Below, piece by piece: positions 1 through 11,976 of a stretch of 64,000 nt of DNA. Below the pieces are notes generated by a model. It was given only the letters and a program-made list of their open reading frames with translations, was not told the origin of the DNA and ran no database searches. The stretch comes from Azolla caroliniana. Lineage: Eukaryota; Plantae; Polypodiophyta. Made by a program: the position numbers and the translations under genes. How positions within the stretch are numbered: position 1 is the first letter of the stretch; every line of letters begins with the position of its first letter. Location of the stretch: assembly GCA_043228905.1 (NCBI GenBank), contig JBHGNT010000005.1, forward strand, positions 15,624,001-15,688,000, read 5' to 3'.

Positions 1-5
1 ATTCC

Positions 6-3000
6 TAGTTTACCGGTTCATCCTCTGCCTTGGGCTGCTCGTCGTCGCTGTCCATGCCCCCTAGCCCCGGCTCCCCGTCGTGCTGTTTCTTGAACGCTTT
101 GATCCTCTTACCCGCTACCGGTATCGCCATTCTCGTACCGTTGAGCTCCGCGAGATGGTACGTCCCATTGCCGTTGGCGCTTGTTACTACGTAAGGCCCG
201 AACCACCTCCTCGCAAACTTCCGCGTGGCCCTGTGCTAATTGTCGCGGCTGCTGTCGTAGACTAGCACCCAGTCGCCTTCCTTGATCATCCTTGGCCTGA
301 ACCGGTGTGTTCAGTCGAACCGGGCTTTGTTCCTTATCCTCGCTACCCGAAGTTTCTCCGCGGCTTGCTCTACGTCCTCCGGCCTCCGCTCGAGCTGTCG
401 AATCCGCGCCGCCAAAAGTTCCTCCCGTCTCATCTCATCCTTCCAGTCCACCGTGGCCCACGAGGAGATCGTTCGCTCTGTTAGCATGATCGGCTTCTGT
501 CCGAACATCAGCTCGGTCGGCATGAACCCGGTTACCGAACTGTGCGTAGTTCGGTCCGCCCACAAGGCATAAGGTAGCAGCCGTGGCCAGTTCCCGACTC
601 GGCCTTCGCACGCCCGTACTAGCGCTTTGACAATTGGCCCGTGTCCTCGCTCCACCTTCCCGTTCGCCTCCGGATTGTACGCTGTGGTGAGCGAAAGTTT
701 GACTCCTAGCCGGTCGAACAACTCTTCGGCCTCTTCTGCGTCCAACTCACCACGGTCAGCCACGATCTTCCCTACGCACCCGTATCGGCATACTACGTCC
801 TCAATCAAAAACTGGCACACGGCTGCCGTCGTTTTGTTCTGCAGGGCTCGGCTTTCAACCTAGTTCGTTAGATCTTCCTGAGCCAGCACCAGATACCGCA
901 TCTGTCCTACCCCCATTGGCATCGTCACCAAATCCACCATCCACTTGAAGTGGACGGTCGGAGGGTAGGTCGGGTGAAGCTCGTCCCGATGTCGGATCAT
1001 GGAGTGCACCTGATAGCTTTCGCAAGTCGTCACGAACCGATGCACGTCCCGGTATAGTCCCGGCCACCAGTACTTCCCCTTTAGCTTTTCAAACGTGGCT
1101 CACGTTCCACGGTGTCCAGCCCACGGGCTATCGTGGTACGCCGCCAACAAATCCTCATGTTCCTCCTTCTTCGCCACCACTCGGAGCGGGATGTCGTTCC
1201 TCTTCTTCGGGTGCTTCCATATGTATCTGTACCGGAGAAAGAATCGGTAGGCTTTCTTTTGAATCCGGTTGGCCTCGTTCGTTGTCCATGCCGTGTCCAG
1301 TGTCATTGTTTTCAGGAACCCGCCGATCTGCAGCCACTCCCCGTCGTACTTGCTCTCGTCGAAATCGTTAAGCGTTGGAGAGCATTCCATGCCAGTTGTT
1401 ACATAAGCCGCCTCGAAGAAGTCCACGCCGACTTCCTCGTCCTCTGAAACCATGCCGCCCTCGTTTTCGAATCTCACCCTTGAAAGCATGTCGGCCATGG
1501 CATTATCTTTCCTGGAAATGTGTCGTATTTCTGGATTCAGGGACTTGATATACACTATCCACCTGAGCATTGCCAGGTCCGACGTCGCGCATCCGGAAAC
1601 CATGCCAAGGATCGGCAAGTAGTCCGTCTTGATAATTACCTCTGTCCCGATCAGGTAGTCTTTATCGGCCTTTACCGCCGAAATGATACCCTAGAGCTCG
1701 CGTTTAACCTAGGCGTATCCTCGCTATCGCTCGCTGAGGACCTTCGCGCCGAACCGGATCGGGGAACGCATGCCGTCCTCATCCTCTTGGTTGACGACCC
1801 ATCCGATCCCGGTCGGACTCGTGTCTACCGTTACGTAAATTGGAGTGCTCTTTCCGTAGACAGCCTTTCGGAGTGCTGGAGCCGCGGCAAGCGCTTCCTT
1901 CATCTTCCGGACAGACTCCGTATGCTCGTCTCTCCACTCGAATTTTTGCCCCTTTTTCAGCAACCCATATAACGGCTCCGCGACATGAGCGTAATGCGGG
2001 ATCCATATGTGGTAGAACGCGCACGCTCCCAAGAACCTCCGAACCTCCGTGACCGAGCTACAATCGTTCTTCGTCGCGGAGATGGCTTCTACCTTAGCTG
2101 GAGACGGTTTCCGGCCGTACGGCCTGCATAGGTGTCCGACGACCATGATCTCTGTTTGCCCGAAGGCCGACTTTCCCCCGGAGAAGGTGAGCCTCGCGCC
2201 CTCCAACCTCTGCAGCACCTTCTCGCAGTCATCGATGTGCGTCGCCACGAATTTCCGGCATCCGTCCGGTCCGATCGTCTCGTCCCTTTCCTCCACCGGG
2301 CATCCCTTGATCGGGACGTCGTTTTAAAACGGCATGGTGATGTCTGGGATACAATCCCTCAGCACTTTGTTCATTGCGTTCACCATGTGAGCCACCGAGT
2401 TCGTCCCTCCTTGCAGCAGGGTACACATCCATACTAGGCCGAGAGGAGTTCGCCTTGTCGTGATGTCTCTGCTCTCTACGGAAAGCTGGAACTGATCGTA
2501 CCCCGAGTAGAGATCATCGACCGAGTAAATCAACCTTCCGGCGAAGGCCTCCGCGAACTTGTCTATTGTCGGTCCGATTCCTGCGTTTCGAATGGTCACC
2601 TTGTTGACCAGTTGTAGGTCTTGAATAAAGCGCAGTGTGCCATCCTTCTTCGGCACGGTAAACCACCGGTTTGAGTATATGGGGCACTCGACGGTTCGAG
2701 GATTCCAATCTCGACCTTCTGCTTTAATAGCTCCATCAGCTTCGGGATGTGGGCTCTGGGTACTGGAATCGGTTTGAGACTCCACGGTACATGCGGTACC
2801 GTGAATATCACCATCGGTTCCACGACTGTTGGGTCTACGCACCCGATCTCCTCCGGTGAGAATGCGAAAGCCTTCCCGTGCCTCCCGAGCATTTCCCGAA
2901 AACGGTCCTCTTCCGCCAGCAGTAGGAAGCCACCCCCACCGATTTTGAGCTCGCGCAGCGTTATGTCGGTGAATGTGTGTCCTATGCGGGCCGGATTTCG

Positions 3001-3495
3001 TAAATTCGGGTCCGACGCAACCCCCTTTATTCGCAACTCGCTGCCCTCCGGCAAGGGAGCCGCGACTGGTCTCACTTTCCGGTCCACAGTCTTGTACCTC
3101 GTGTCCACCCGGGCCGTCCGATCTGACTCGAGCCCTCTACTGAAGTCCGCGATAAGTTCGTACATCTTTTCCGAACATACCGGAATCGTCCGGTCCTCTT
3201 TAAGGACCCCTCCGACTACCTATCGCAGCTCCCCCAAGGTATCGACGAAAGAGACCGCCTCCACGGCTCCGTTGATTTCCTCTCCAAGGCCGAGGATACC
3301 ACATGCCCGAAGTTGCTCCTCCGCCCTTTTCTTCTTCTCGCCAACAACATCGACTATTGTACACCCTCCGTTGTCGGAGAACCAAAATTTCCTACTTATA
3401 GTACAGGTCTTCTTCGCTATCGTACACTTGTGGGGTTTTCCCGGAGTGCCCGGACTATCGCGGCCCCACGCCTTGATAGCCCTCTCTAAAAATCC
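6..3495 (-). pseudogene. Pol (RT-RNaseH-integrase) of Gypsy A, disrupted
   Basis: ORF pieces 2596-3165, 2324-2842, 1724-2296, 1100-1618, 860-1045 and 311-820 are colinear with pol of elements C and D. Confidence 0.9.
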
Positions 3496-5612
3496 TCTCG
3501 ACTTTCGCCCCCGAGGGTCTCGCGGTTCCGCTCATGGTTCGGTCTCACCGTCAGGAACTGGACCGAGTGATGCCCATCCTGGCTCTTGATCCTTGCATAG
3601 GCCGAGCCGTTGTCCAGCACCTTGGTCTCCATCCGTGCTGCCGTGATGTACGGTTCTCCTAGTATAACCGGATGTGAGGACGTCTCCTGTACGAAGAAGT
3701 GTTGGCCAATCTCGACATCGCTGATCTTTACTCGTACATTCGGGCAGGCTCCATGTAGCTCTTCGGTGGCACGCGTCGCTGCACGTATTTTCCACCCGTG
3801 CTTGGTGTTGATCGGCCATTTTCCCTTCTTATAGAAGTCCATGGACATCAAATTGATTTCTAAACCATGGTCCACCAACGCCACCACCGGTTCATGAACA
3901 TCTCCGATCTTCACAGGGGTCTCCGTGGTCGCTCTGGCCCAGTGCAGCTTCGAATAGTGGCTCTCCGCCAACTCGTCTTCCAGCGCCATGTCCTCTATGT
4001 GCGTCGTTCACACCTCCACCGGCTTCTCCGGTTCTGTCTCTGTCGACAGCCTCTTCCTCTTCACCAAGTCTACGATGGAGTCGTGGAACTCCTTCTTGGC
4101 GATCCCGAGCACTTCCCTCAGCGATAGCTCCACCTTGTTGTCGAGGATTCGTTCTTCCAAGACCTTTCGCAGGTCCGTGGATCTTTCGATTTCTGTGCCC
4201 AGCCGGTACCCGCCCCTCTTGGGATTATCCTGGGCGCCGATCGCATCAACCTCATTCCGCCTTTGCCTAGACCGAGTTTCATATCGTTGCGAGGGCCCGG
4301 CCCCTCCGGTTTTCCCTACCCGCTTGTCCTCCACCAGAGCCTCGTAATTTTGACAAGCGGCTTCGGCGAAGCCCGTCTTTTCTTCCACCGGGTCACTCCA
4401 CCCGGTTACCTCCCGGACCCATTTTTCCGCGCGGTCCACCTCTTCTTTCCTTAGCCGTGCACCGGCGAGGCCTTCCAGCATCGTCGGCCAGAACCCGGCT
4501 TTGTTCGTCTTCGGGGCCTCGCCACCTCCGACCCGAATACCAGCAGACGCCGAGTAGTGGACGGTCTCCGCGTGACGAGCCGCCACCTCCTCCATCAGCC
4601 TTTTCATACCCCCTCGCCTGACGTTCAGGTTCAGGGCCCTTCGGGTCTCGCTGGCGTACACCCAACCGTTCCACAGGTACACCACGTTGCTTCTCATCGC
4701 CTCGGCGAAGTCCCCGCAGTCCTTCCGGATGTGCCCAACCGCGTCACACCACATGCACCTGTTTTCAGCCAGATGTCGTTGGTCACGGGCCTGTTCGCCA
4801 CCATCCCTCCGTGCCTGGACGATCTGGAGATCCTTTACCATCTGCGTCAGCTCCTCTAGAGCTGCTCCCCCGGACGAGCCCTTCACCATGCCGGTTGAAG
4901 CCGACCCGGTCTCGAGCCAATCTCGGGTCTCTTCCCTTCGTGCTGGTGGTGTTGGCTCGAGCTTCCTTGCTGCGACAGAGCCCGCCCCTATCGATCCTTT
5001 GTCAACCCATTCCCGCCGTTTGTCGAAACGGCCACATACCCTTTTCACCATGGCCCAGTCGGCCGTTAGCCCATCATCAGTCTCCGATAGGAGGCCTACC
5101 TGCTCCCGATCCCGCTCGTCAATCGACTTAACAAACAATAGGACACGGCTTGTGTCCAGAGCGGTCCGGTCAAGCACCAAGAGGCATGCGAAGTGTTCCT
5201 CAAACTCCCGAAGGAGCACTGACGTGTTCCTTCCTTTGTCGGGGGTCTCCACCCACTCCATGAAGTCCCGCTTCGAAAGTTGAAGCGCATCTTCAAGCCC
5301 GTATTTTTCGAGGAGCCGACCTTTGAACTCCTCCCAGGTCTGGCTCTCGGCCCGTACCTCGAGCACCTACGTATGGATACCCGACATCGTCACTCGAGGG
5401 AATCCGGCTAGATGCCTCTCTTCCGTAATGTCCCTCATTACCATCTCAGCCCGGTAGGACGCCAAGTAGCTCGTGGCATCCTTCCCACTAAACCGACCGA
5501 TCGTACCGACAACCGCCTCGATAGCCCTATCAAGGGCTCCGGTGCCTTCACGCGCAGTCACTATACGGTCCACAGCCGAAGCCATGGCCTCTGCAAGGTC
5601 CGACCCCCTCAT
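3486..5612 (-). pseudogene. Gag-protease of Gypsy A (in-frame stops)
   Basis: ORFs 5367-5612, 4008-5366 and 3486-3989 share one frame. CCHC knuckle; ALVDHG protease motif; ends DF*. Confidence 0.9.
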
Positions 5613-5634
5613 CTTCTACTCCTCTGCCGCTTGT

Positions 5635-5651
5635 TCACATCGGGTTCACCA
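5635..5651 (-). promoter_or_regulatory. Primer-binding site complementary to tRNA-Trp
   Basis: TGGTGAACCCGATGTGA versus the plant tRNA-Trp 3' end (TCACGTCGGGTTCACCA, recalled from memory); 1 mismatch. Confidence 0.8.
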
Positions 5652-5655
5652 AAGA

Positions 5656-6330
5656 TGTCGCGTCGTTATGCGCGTGCATGGAGAACAAGGCGGGACCACA
5701 GGGGTCTTGGACCGAGGAATAGGTGAGAAAAGGGAGAGAGAGAGAGAGAGAGAGAGACGCTCACACACGTATAGACAAAGAAGAGCACGTGGACGCGGCC
5801 CAACAACACAGGAGACACGAGTTGGGAACACTAGCGTATGTATATAAATGTATGTAGATGACTCGAACGGTTACAACCGATCAGGTCGGCAAGATGGATG
5901 CCGTCGCCTGATCACCCACGCACACAGGAGAGCAAGATGGAGATTTTGCCGGAAGCACATGGGCGTTCCACGGAGCAGAATCAGCTTCTTGAGAACTTGT
6001 GCAAAAGAAAGCTACAGAGAACGATAGAGAAGAAGAGCTCGGTCCCAGTCCGACAGCACTTCGCTCCTTCTAGCGCGCGATATCTTCTCTCCCCCGCCTC
6101 CCTCTCTTTTATAGCTCAAGGAGGGAGGCCGTTTCACCCGTTTACATCACATTAATTCTCTGTCCTTTCGGACAGAGATACTCCTCGATTTCCCTTATAG
6201 AATATTGCTACCTAGTATTTAACCTTTGTGCCTACCTATCTACTATACGACAAGGGACGTGCCCATGTGTAAGGGCCGGTTCACACACACTATACGCGGT
6301 TTGCGCCTGGGGACGGTTTTCTTCACGACA
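5656..6330 (-). repeat. 5' LTR of Gypsy A
   Basis: Minus-strand termini TGTCGTGAAG...CGCGACA, the same start as the LTRs of elements C and D. PBS follows immediately. Confidence 0.85.
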
Positions 6331-7681
6331 GCGTGCTAACGGAGAACGAGACTTGGGACTTGGTTGATGCCCCCAAGGGTGTGAAGCCGATCGGATGCAG
6401 GTGGGTGTACAAGGTCATGTACAACGCTGATAGCTCGGTCAATTGATAGAAGGCCTGATTAGTGGTGAAGGGCTATTCGTAGAAACACGACATCGATTAC
6501 GATGAGACCTTCGTGTCGATCGCGATAATGATTACTGTTTGTGTATTGCTGGCTATAATAGCAGCAAAGGGGTGGCACTTACATCAAATGGATGTAAAGA
6601 ACACATTCTTGCCAAGGGATCTTGAGGAACAAGTGTACATGGTACAACCCCCCGGATTTCTATCCAAACAAAACACCTCGGCACTTTGCCAATTGAAGAA
6701 GTCATTGTATGGCCTCAAGCAAGCCCCACGTGCCTGGAACGTAAAGATCACATAGCGACTACGTAAGATGGGTTGCTCCATCAAAATCAGAATCTTGGTT
6801 GTTCATTCAGCCTAGTCGGACCGGACCGATTACCATTTTTCTATATATTGATGATTTAGTCATCGCCGGTGCCGACCTCAGAGAAATCGGCCGAGTAAAG
6901 TCTCAACTTGCGGCATCATGCGAAATGAAGGATCTAGGACCTTCATTACTTCCTTGGAATTGAAGTGATCAAAAACCCGGAGGGCATATCGATAAGACAA
7001 CACCATTATGTGCTCAATATGCTCTTCAAGTTCGGGATGGCGGATTGTAAGTCCGTCTCAACCCCTCTTGGTAGAAACATGAGGCTTCGCCAAACTTTGG
7101 GAATGACGTGCGACCCAACATGGTTCGGACATATTGTCGGAAACCTCATTTATTTGATGATCACTTAGTCAGACCTCAGTCAATTCATGTCGCAGGGAAA
7201 GGCCGAACACCTTTAGTGCGCGCAAAGGATATTGAGGTATGTCAATGACTCAACACTAAGGACAGAGCATTGTTGTATCCGACCTCAGTTACCCAATCAG
7301 CTTGATCAGTCAATTCATGTCGCAGGCAAAGGACGAACACCTTCAGTGCGCACAAAGGATATTGAGGTATGTCAGCGGCACTAAGCATGAAACGTTGCTA
7401 TATCGGGCAGGAGTAGTTGATGAGTTAGTCAGCTACACGAATGTTGATTGGGCCAGAAATGCTGGTGATGGCAGGTCAATATCTGGATTTGCATTTTCTT
7501 TGGGAAGCGTCGCGATCCCCTTGAGCAGTAAAAAGCAACCGACAATGACACTGTCAAGCATTGCGGCCGAGTATCGAGGGGCGGCTATCACCACATGTGA
7601 AGCCATTTGGTTCAAAAGGCTGTTAAAGGATCTGCCTGTAGAGGTGTTCGAGCCGATAGTCATGTACTGCGACAACCTTAG

Positions 7682-8410
7682 TGTGAAGTCAATTTTTGCT
7701 CATAGGAAAAGACCGTGACAAATACATTTGATGCAAAGGTATAGAAGAATAAAGCACAATTTGAAAGGTCCAAGAGTTAAAAGATAAATGAAATTGAAGA
7801 GAAATAAAGTTAGAGGCGTTATTCAAAAGTAGAAAAAGCAAAAAAAAAGAAAAAGAAGAAAAATGCAGGAAATTAAGCATAAAAAGCAAGGTAGAGAAAA
7901 AAGCTCATAACTTCTTCATCTCTTATCCAAATTTCAAAAGAAAAGATTCTAAGAAAGCTGACAAACAGAGCTGTCTTGTATGAAAAAATTGGATGAAAAA
8001 CCAGAAATGATTATATGAAAAACGCACCACACAAACTCGAGGATATGTAAAAGAAAAGAAAAGAAAAGAAGCAAGAATAACGCAACTAAAAACCTATAAA
8101 TATGCGGTATTCGTAGCAATATGGGAGATGGAGGAAGAATAGAATATCTACAAGGAAGGATAGAAGATCTACAAGAAGAATGAAGAAGAAGAAGTGAGGA
8201 AGAAGAAGAAGATTAGAAGAAGTGGGAAGACATTTAGTAGAAGAAAGAGAGAAGGCAAAAATACTATTTTATTAATAGTATATTGAAGTAGTTATTTGGG
8301 GTTGTTCCTCTTGGTGTCTAAGAGGATTGCATTCTTTTCTTAATAGTATATTGAAGTATTCTTTTTTCTTCCTCTTCTCTTCTCTATCTTTTTTCTCTCT
8401 CTCTTCATCA
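7682..8410 (+). repeat. 5' LTR of element B
   Basis: Direct repeat of 18840-19568 with TG...CA ends. Confidence 0.95.
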
Positions 8411-8413
8411 TTT

Positions 8414-8434
8414 TGGCGCTCCAGGGAGGGTCGA
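8414..8434 (+). promoter_or_regulatory. PBS of element B (tRNA-Asn-like, assignment tentative)
   Basis: TGGCGCTCCAGGGAGGGTCGA begins 3 nt after the LTR and resembles the complement of plant tRNA-Asn 3' ends. Confidence 0.55.
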
Positions 8435-8852
8435 TCCTTTCCGTATAACGGGAGGAACGGTTGTCCACTCATTGATGGTTGGATCTACCAATTCATCATC
8501 AAACTCATGGCAAGATATGGAGTTCGCGATACGACAGATCTACAAAGAGAACTTTTCCAATTGCGTTGTTGTGAAGATTTTTGGCGATAGTGTGAAACTT
8601 GTAAGGAACATACGAACTCGAGCGTGGTTCTTCTCACGAAATATAAAACAATAATAGTAAAGATACTATTTTAAATAAGTTTAATATCTTGGTACAAAAG
8701 CATTATAGTTTACATGTAAATTCTCATATTAGAGCTTAATTGAGGGAGATGTGATGCATGAGCGCCAGATGGCAAACACGCATCACATGCATTCCATGCA
8801 TTGTATGCATGTTTTGTACCCTGACATGCATTATATGCACGGGTGCGTCGAT

Positions 8853-9121
8853 TGTTACCTCGTACGAGATGTACGGAGAGTCAAGTGTGATGAGCGAGGG
8901 TCGAATGGTGTCATGATGTTGTGTATGTGTAGGGGGCATAAATGTAATTGTGAGTCTATACGTATGTGAACACATGCACACGTGTGTGCATGTGGATGGA
9001 TACGAGGAGGTGTGAGTGACTGTCTAGTATGAATGCTAGAGGGGGCTTGCTTACACCCCTATGTATCTACCCCCTCTTGTACTATTTAACCCCTTATGGG
9101 GAATGAATGAAACATGAATAA

Positions 9122-9181
<60 letters not shown>

Positions 9182-9411
9182 TCATCTCTCTTCCTCTCTC
9201 TCCCCTTAACGTTGAACCCCCTTGGGAGGGGGGTGGAGTCATTCTAGGCACCACCCCCCACCCCTCAATGGTTGTCTTGTTCTTCACGTTCTCTCTCACC
9301 ATCATACCATTCATCATTTCCACTATTACACCATGTCTATCTTCATTATCAATCTACCATCATTTATTCCTATCTTTATCATTATCATACCCTAACCCTA
9401 AACCTACAACA
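8853..9411. mobile_element. Solo LTR inserted in the 5' LTR of C
   Basis: Absent from the 3' LTR; TGTTA...CAACA termini; near-TSD TCGAT/TCTAT; internal (CT)n. Confidence 0.7.
9127..9178. repeat. (CT)n microsatellite; other (CT/GA)n tracts near 5733, 32839, 51539 and 54311
   Basis: Read directly from the sequence. Confidence 0.95.
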
Positions 9412-9777
9412 TCTATAAAAGGATGTATGAAAAGGATCAAAGGGAGGTTATGTTTTGATTCAACAATTTAAGAAGAAGAGAAATTCGTTCTCCAATTGAT
9501 GATATATCTTGTCTCTCGAATCTAAAGTTAAAAATTTGATCTTATCTCTCTCAGTCTCTATCTCTCTCTCACCATCTCAATCTCTCTCCCTCAAACTATC
9601 TTAAATCCTTTCTCGCTAATGCTAGTGGGTGCTTCGAGTCGTTCTGGTCCAGAACCCCGGCGGTTCCGCCTCACGATCCGCACATAGAGACGGATCTTCA
9701 CGACATAATCAAATGGTGAACCTGACGTGAAAGAGGCGGCAGGAAGGATCAAATCGAGGATTAACCGATACTTGGAG

Positions 9778-11976
9778 ATGGCGTCCTCAAGAAATCAAGC
9801 GGGAGACTTTGAAAGGATGATGCTGATCGTCGAACAAATGATGAGATCTCGAGACAACGATGCGAGCATGGAGAAGGCAATCGACCGTGTCATGGAGCTC
9901 GAGGGTCAATTCGAGGGAAGGAACATTACGAAGTTCCTTGATGCATACAAAAGGGAGATGAATCAAAGGGACGTGTCTGAAGCGCGACAAATCATAAGTT
10001 TCAAGAGAGTGGTCGCCAACAACATCCAAAGGCGCGTCATCGAACTTCAAGAAGGGAAGAGAACGTGGTTGGAGTTCGAGAAAGCGATATTAGCGGAATT
10101 CGCGACGGAAGATTTGTCGAGGATGACTAGACATGCCTTGATGAAGTGGATAGAAAAGAAGAATAAGAAGATGAGCGGTTCGAGGGTGTACGACGAATTT
10201 GACCAAATGTTTCGTCGTCTCCCCGCCACAGACCAAGTGCTACTTGAGGAGGACAAAACTTTGTACTTCCTAAAGGCTATAGATATGAAGGATAGACGAG
10301 AATTGGGGACTCTTCTCGAAGACGATACCCAAGCAAATGGGCTTGTAGCGGACTGGATCGTGGTGAAGCGGGCGTGCAATAAGCTCGACAAGTGTCACCA
10401 AGGGGTTGATGACACCGACTTGACGGGATCGATTGTCACGGAGAAAGCAAGACCGCCAAAAGTAGCTGAGCCGCCAAACCAAAGTAACGTGGAAGAAAAG
10501 AAGATTGGTGATGACATCATCGAAGAACTGGCGAAGAAGTTTGAGGCGGTCACGCTAGCCAACATGAATCGTCGGGGCCCCAAAGGAAAAGAACCCTTTA
10601 GATGTGTGTGGTGCGATAGCATGGACCACATGAGAAGGGATTGCGTGAGCCTTCGAGAGGCGATTCGACAAAATATCGTATACATAGATGACAACATGAT
10701 CTGCTCGACTGAAACTCGAAGACCCCTACGGGTGAATTTCGGAAGAGGGGGAATGAAGAAGTCTATGGAAGATGCTGAAGCGACTCATGTGGATGCGATG
10801 CACTATGCTGCAACGGCCGGAATAAGAGTCGGGAAAGACAAAAATGAAGCTGCGAAAGTGGGAGCAAAGTTTTGGTCTTCCGTTCTCGAGTATGAGAAGA
10901 TGGGGAAGGGCACATCGAACGAGGTAGAGCTTGCAGACCGAAGCGTGCAAAGCATAACCGGGTGGTCGGATCCGGTGGATGACAACACCATACTCGTGGA
11001 AGTGATGTGCGACAACCACGAGGTGTTCGTCAAAGAAAAGAGAAAAAGAATAGAAGAGCAAGGCCCATCAAAAAGACATGAAACAAGGAACGCGAAAAAG
11101 AAAGATGATGCAGAGACGAGTCGACCCTTGCAAATGGAGGAAGGAGACGCAAGCCGAAAAGCGGAGTTGAACAAACAAGTCGAAGAAACGGTTCGGCCCG
11201 TGAAGATTGGTGTCGAAGACCCCGCTCGAAAGACAAGGACTATGCCGACCTATAAGCTAAGGTCAGACATAGAGCAGGAGACAGACCTGAAGAAAATTCT
11301 CAAGGAACGCGTTCTTGATAGCCACATGACTTTGTCCTTGAGGGAACTACTCGGCACTACAAAGAAGGAGTTCCAAGACACGATCGTGGACCTTGTAAAG
11401 AGAAAAAGGAAACAATCAAATGAAGAAGAAGAGAAGCCACTAAAAGCGAAAGTGAATGCCATAACGATGGCAAGAGATGAAGTCGATGAAGAAATGGTGG
11501 ACAACCACTATACTTGACCTCATTGGGCATGGGCGACAATGGAGACGCCAGTGAAGATCGGGGAGAAGAAAGAGACCATGGCAGCCTTGATCGACCACGA
11601 CTCGGGGATCAACCTCATGTCAACCGACTTCTACAAAAAAGGAAGATGGCCAATCAATACAAATCATGGATGGAAGATTCGCACGGCAACAAAAACTACG
11701 GAGGACTTGTACGGAGCTTGTCCCAATGTTAAAGTCACGATCGGGGATGTGGAGATGGATCAACATTTCTTCATGCAAGAATCGGCGTTGCATCCTGTCA
11801 TCTTAGGACAATCGTATATCACATCATCTCGGATGGAAACCAAAGTGTTCGACAATGGTGTGGCATTTTCTCGAATAAAGAGTCTTGACAACCAAAGATC
11901 TATTCAATTCCTAACGGTGCGAGCTAATCATGAAAGAAGTCGAGATAGTCTTGGTGGCAAATCCTCGGATTTTTAG
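9778..11976 (+). pseudogene. Gag-protease of element C (one premature TGA)
   Basis: ORFs 9727-11517 and 11539-11976 are in the same frame; CGA>TGA relative to element D; CVWCDSMDHMRRDC knuckle. Confidence 0.9.

Larger units (their letters stand above)
1..6330 (-). mobile_element. Ty3/Gypsy LTR retrotransposon A (non-chromovirus, Phygy-like), decayed; 3' LTR lies outside the window
   Basis: Minus-strand order is LTR, PBS, gag (CMWCDAVGHIRKDC knuckle), protease, RT (NRWFTVPKK, DLYSGYDQF), RNase H, integrase (WMVD, ADRG, NGKVER). Many stops and frameshifts. Confidence 0.95.

Noticed and set aside
2747-5283. Long + strand ORFs (280 aa, 198 aa)
   Set aside because: Antisense shadows of GC-rich gag/pol; Ser-rich with no motifs.
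8562-8566. Mismatched 5-bp TSD implying that C is a recombinant of two loci
   Set aside because: A 4-bp TSD (GCGT/ATGT) restores the host reading frame.
9390-9405. Telomere-like CCCTAA/CCCTAAA repeats
   Set aside because: Only about two units inside a solo LTR; at most a telo-box.
11515-11517. Programmed stop-codon readthrough between gag and protease
   Set aside because: Element D has CGA at this position and A has its stop elsewhere, so these are independent decay mutations.
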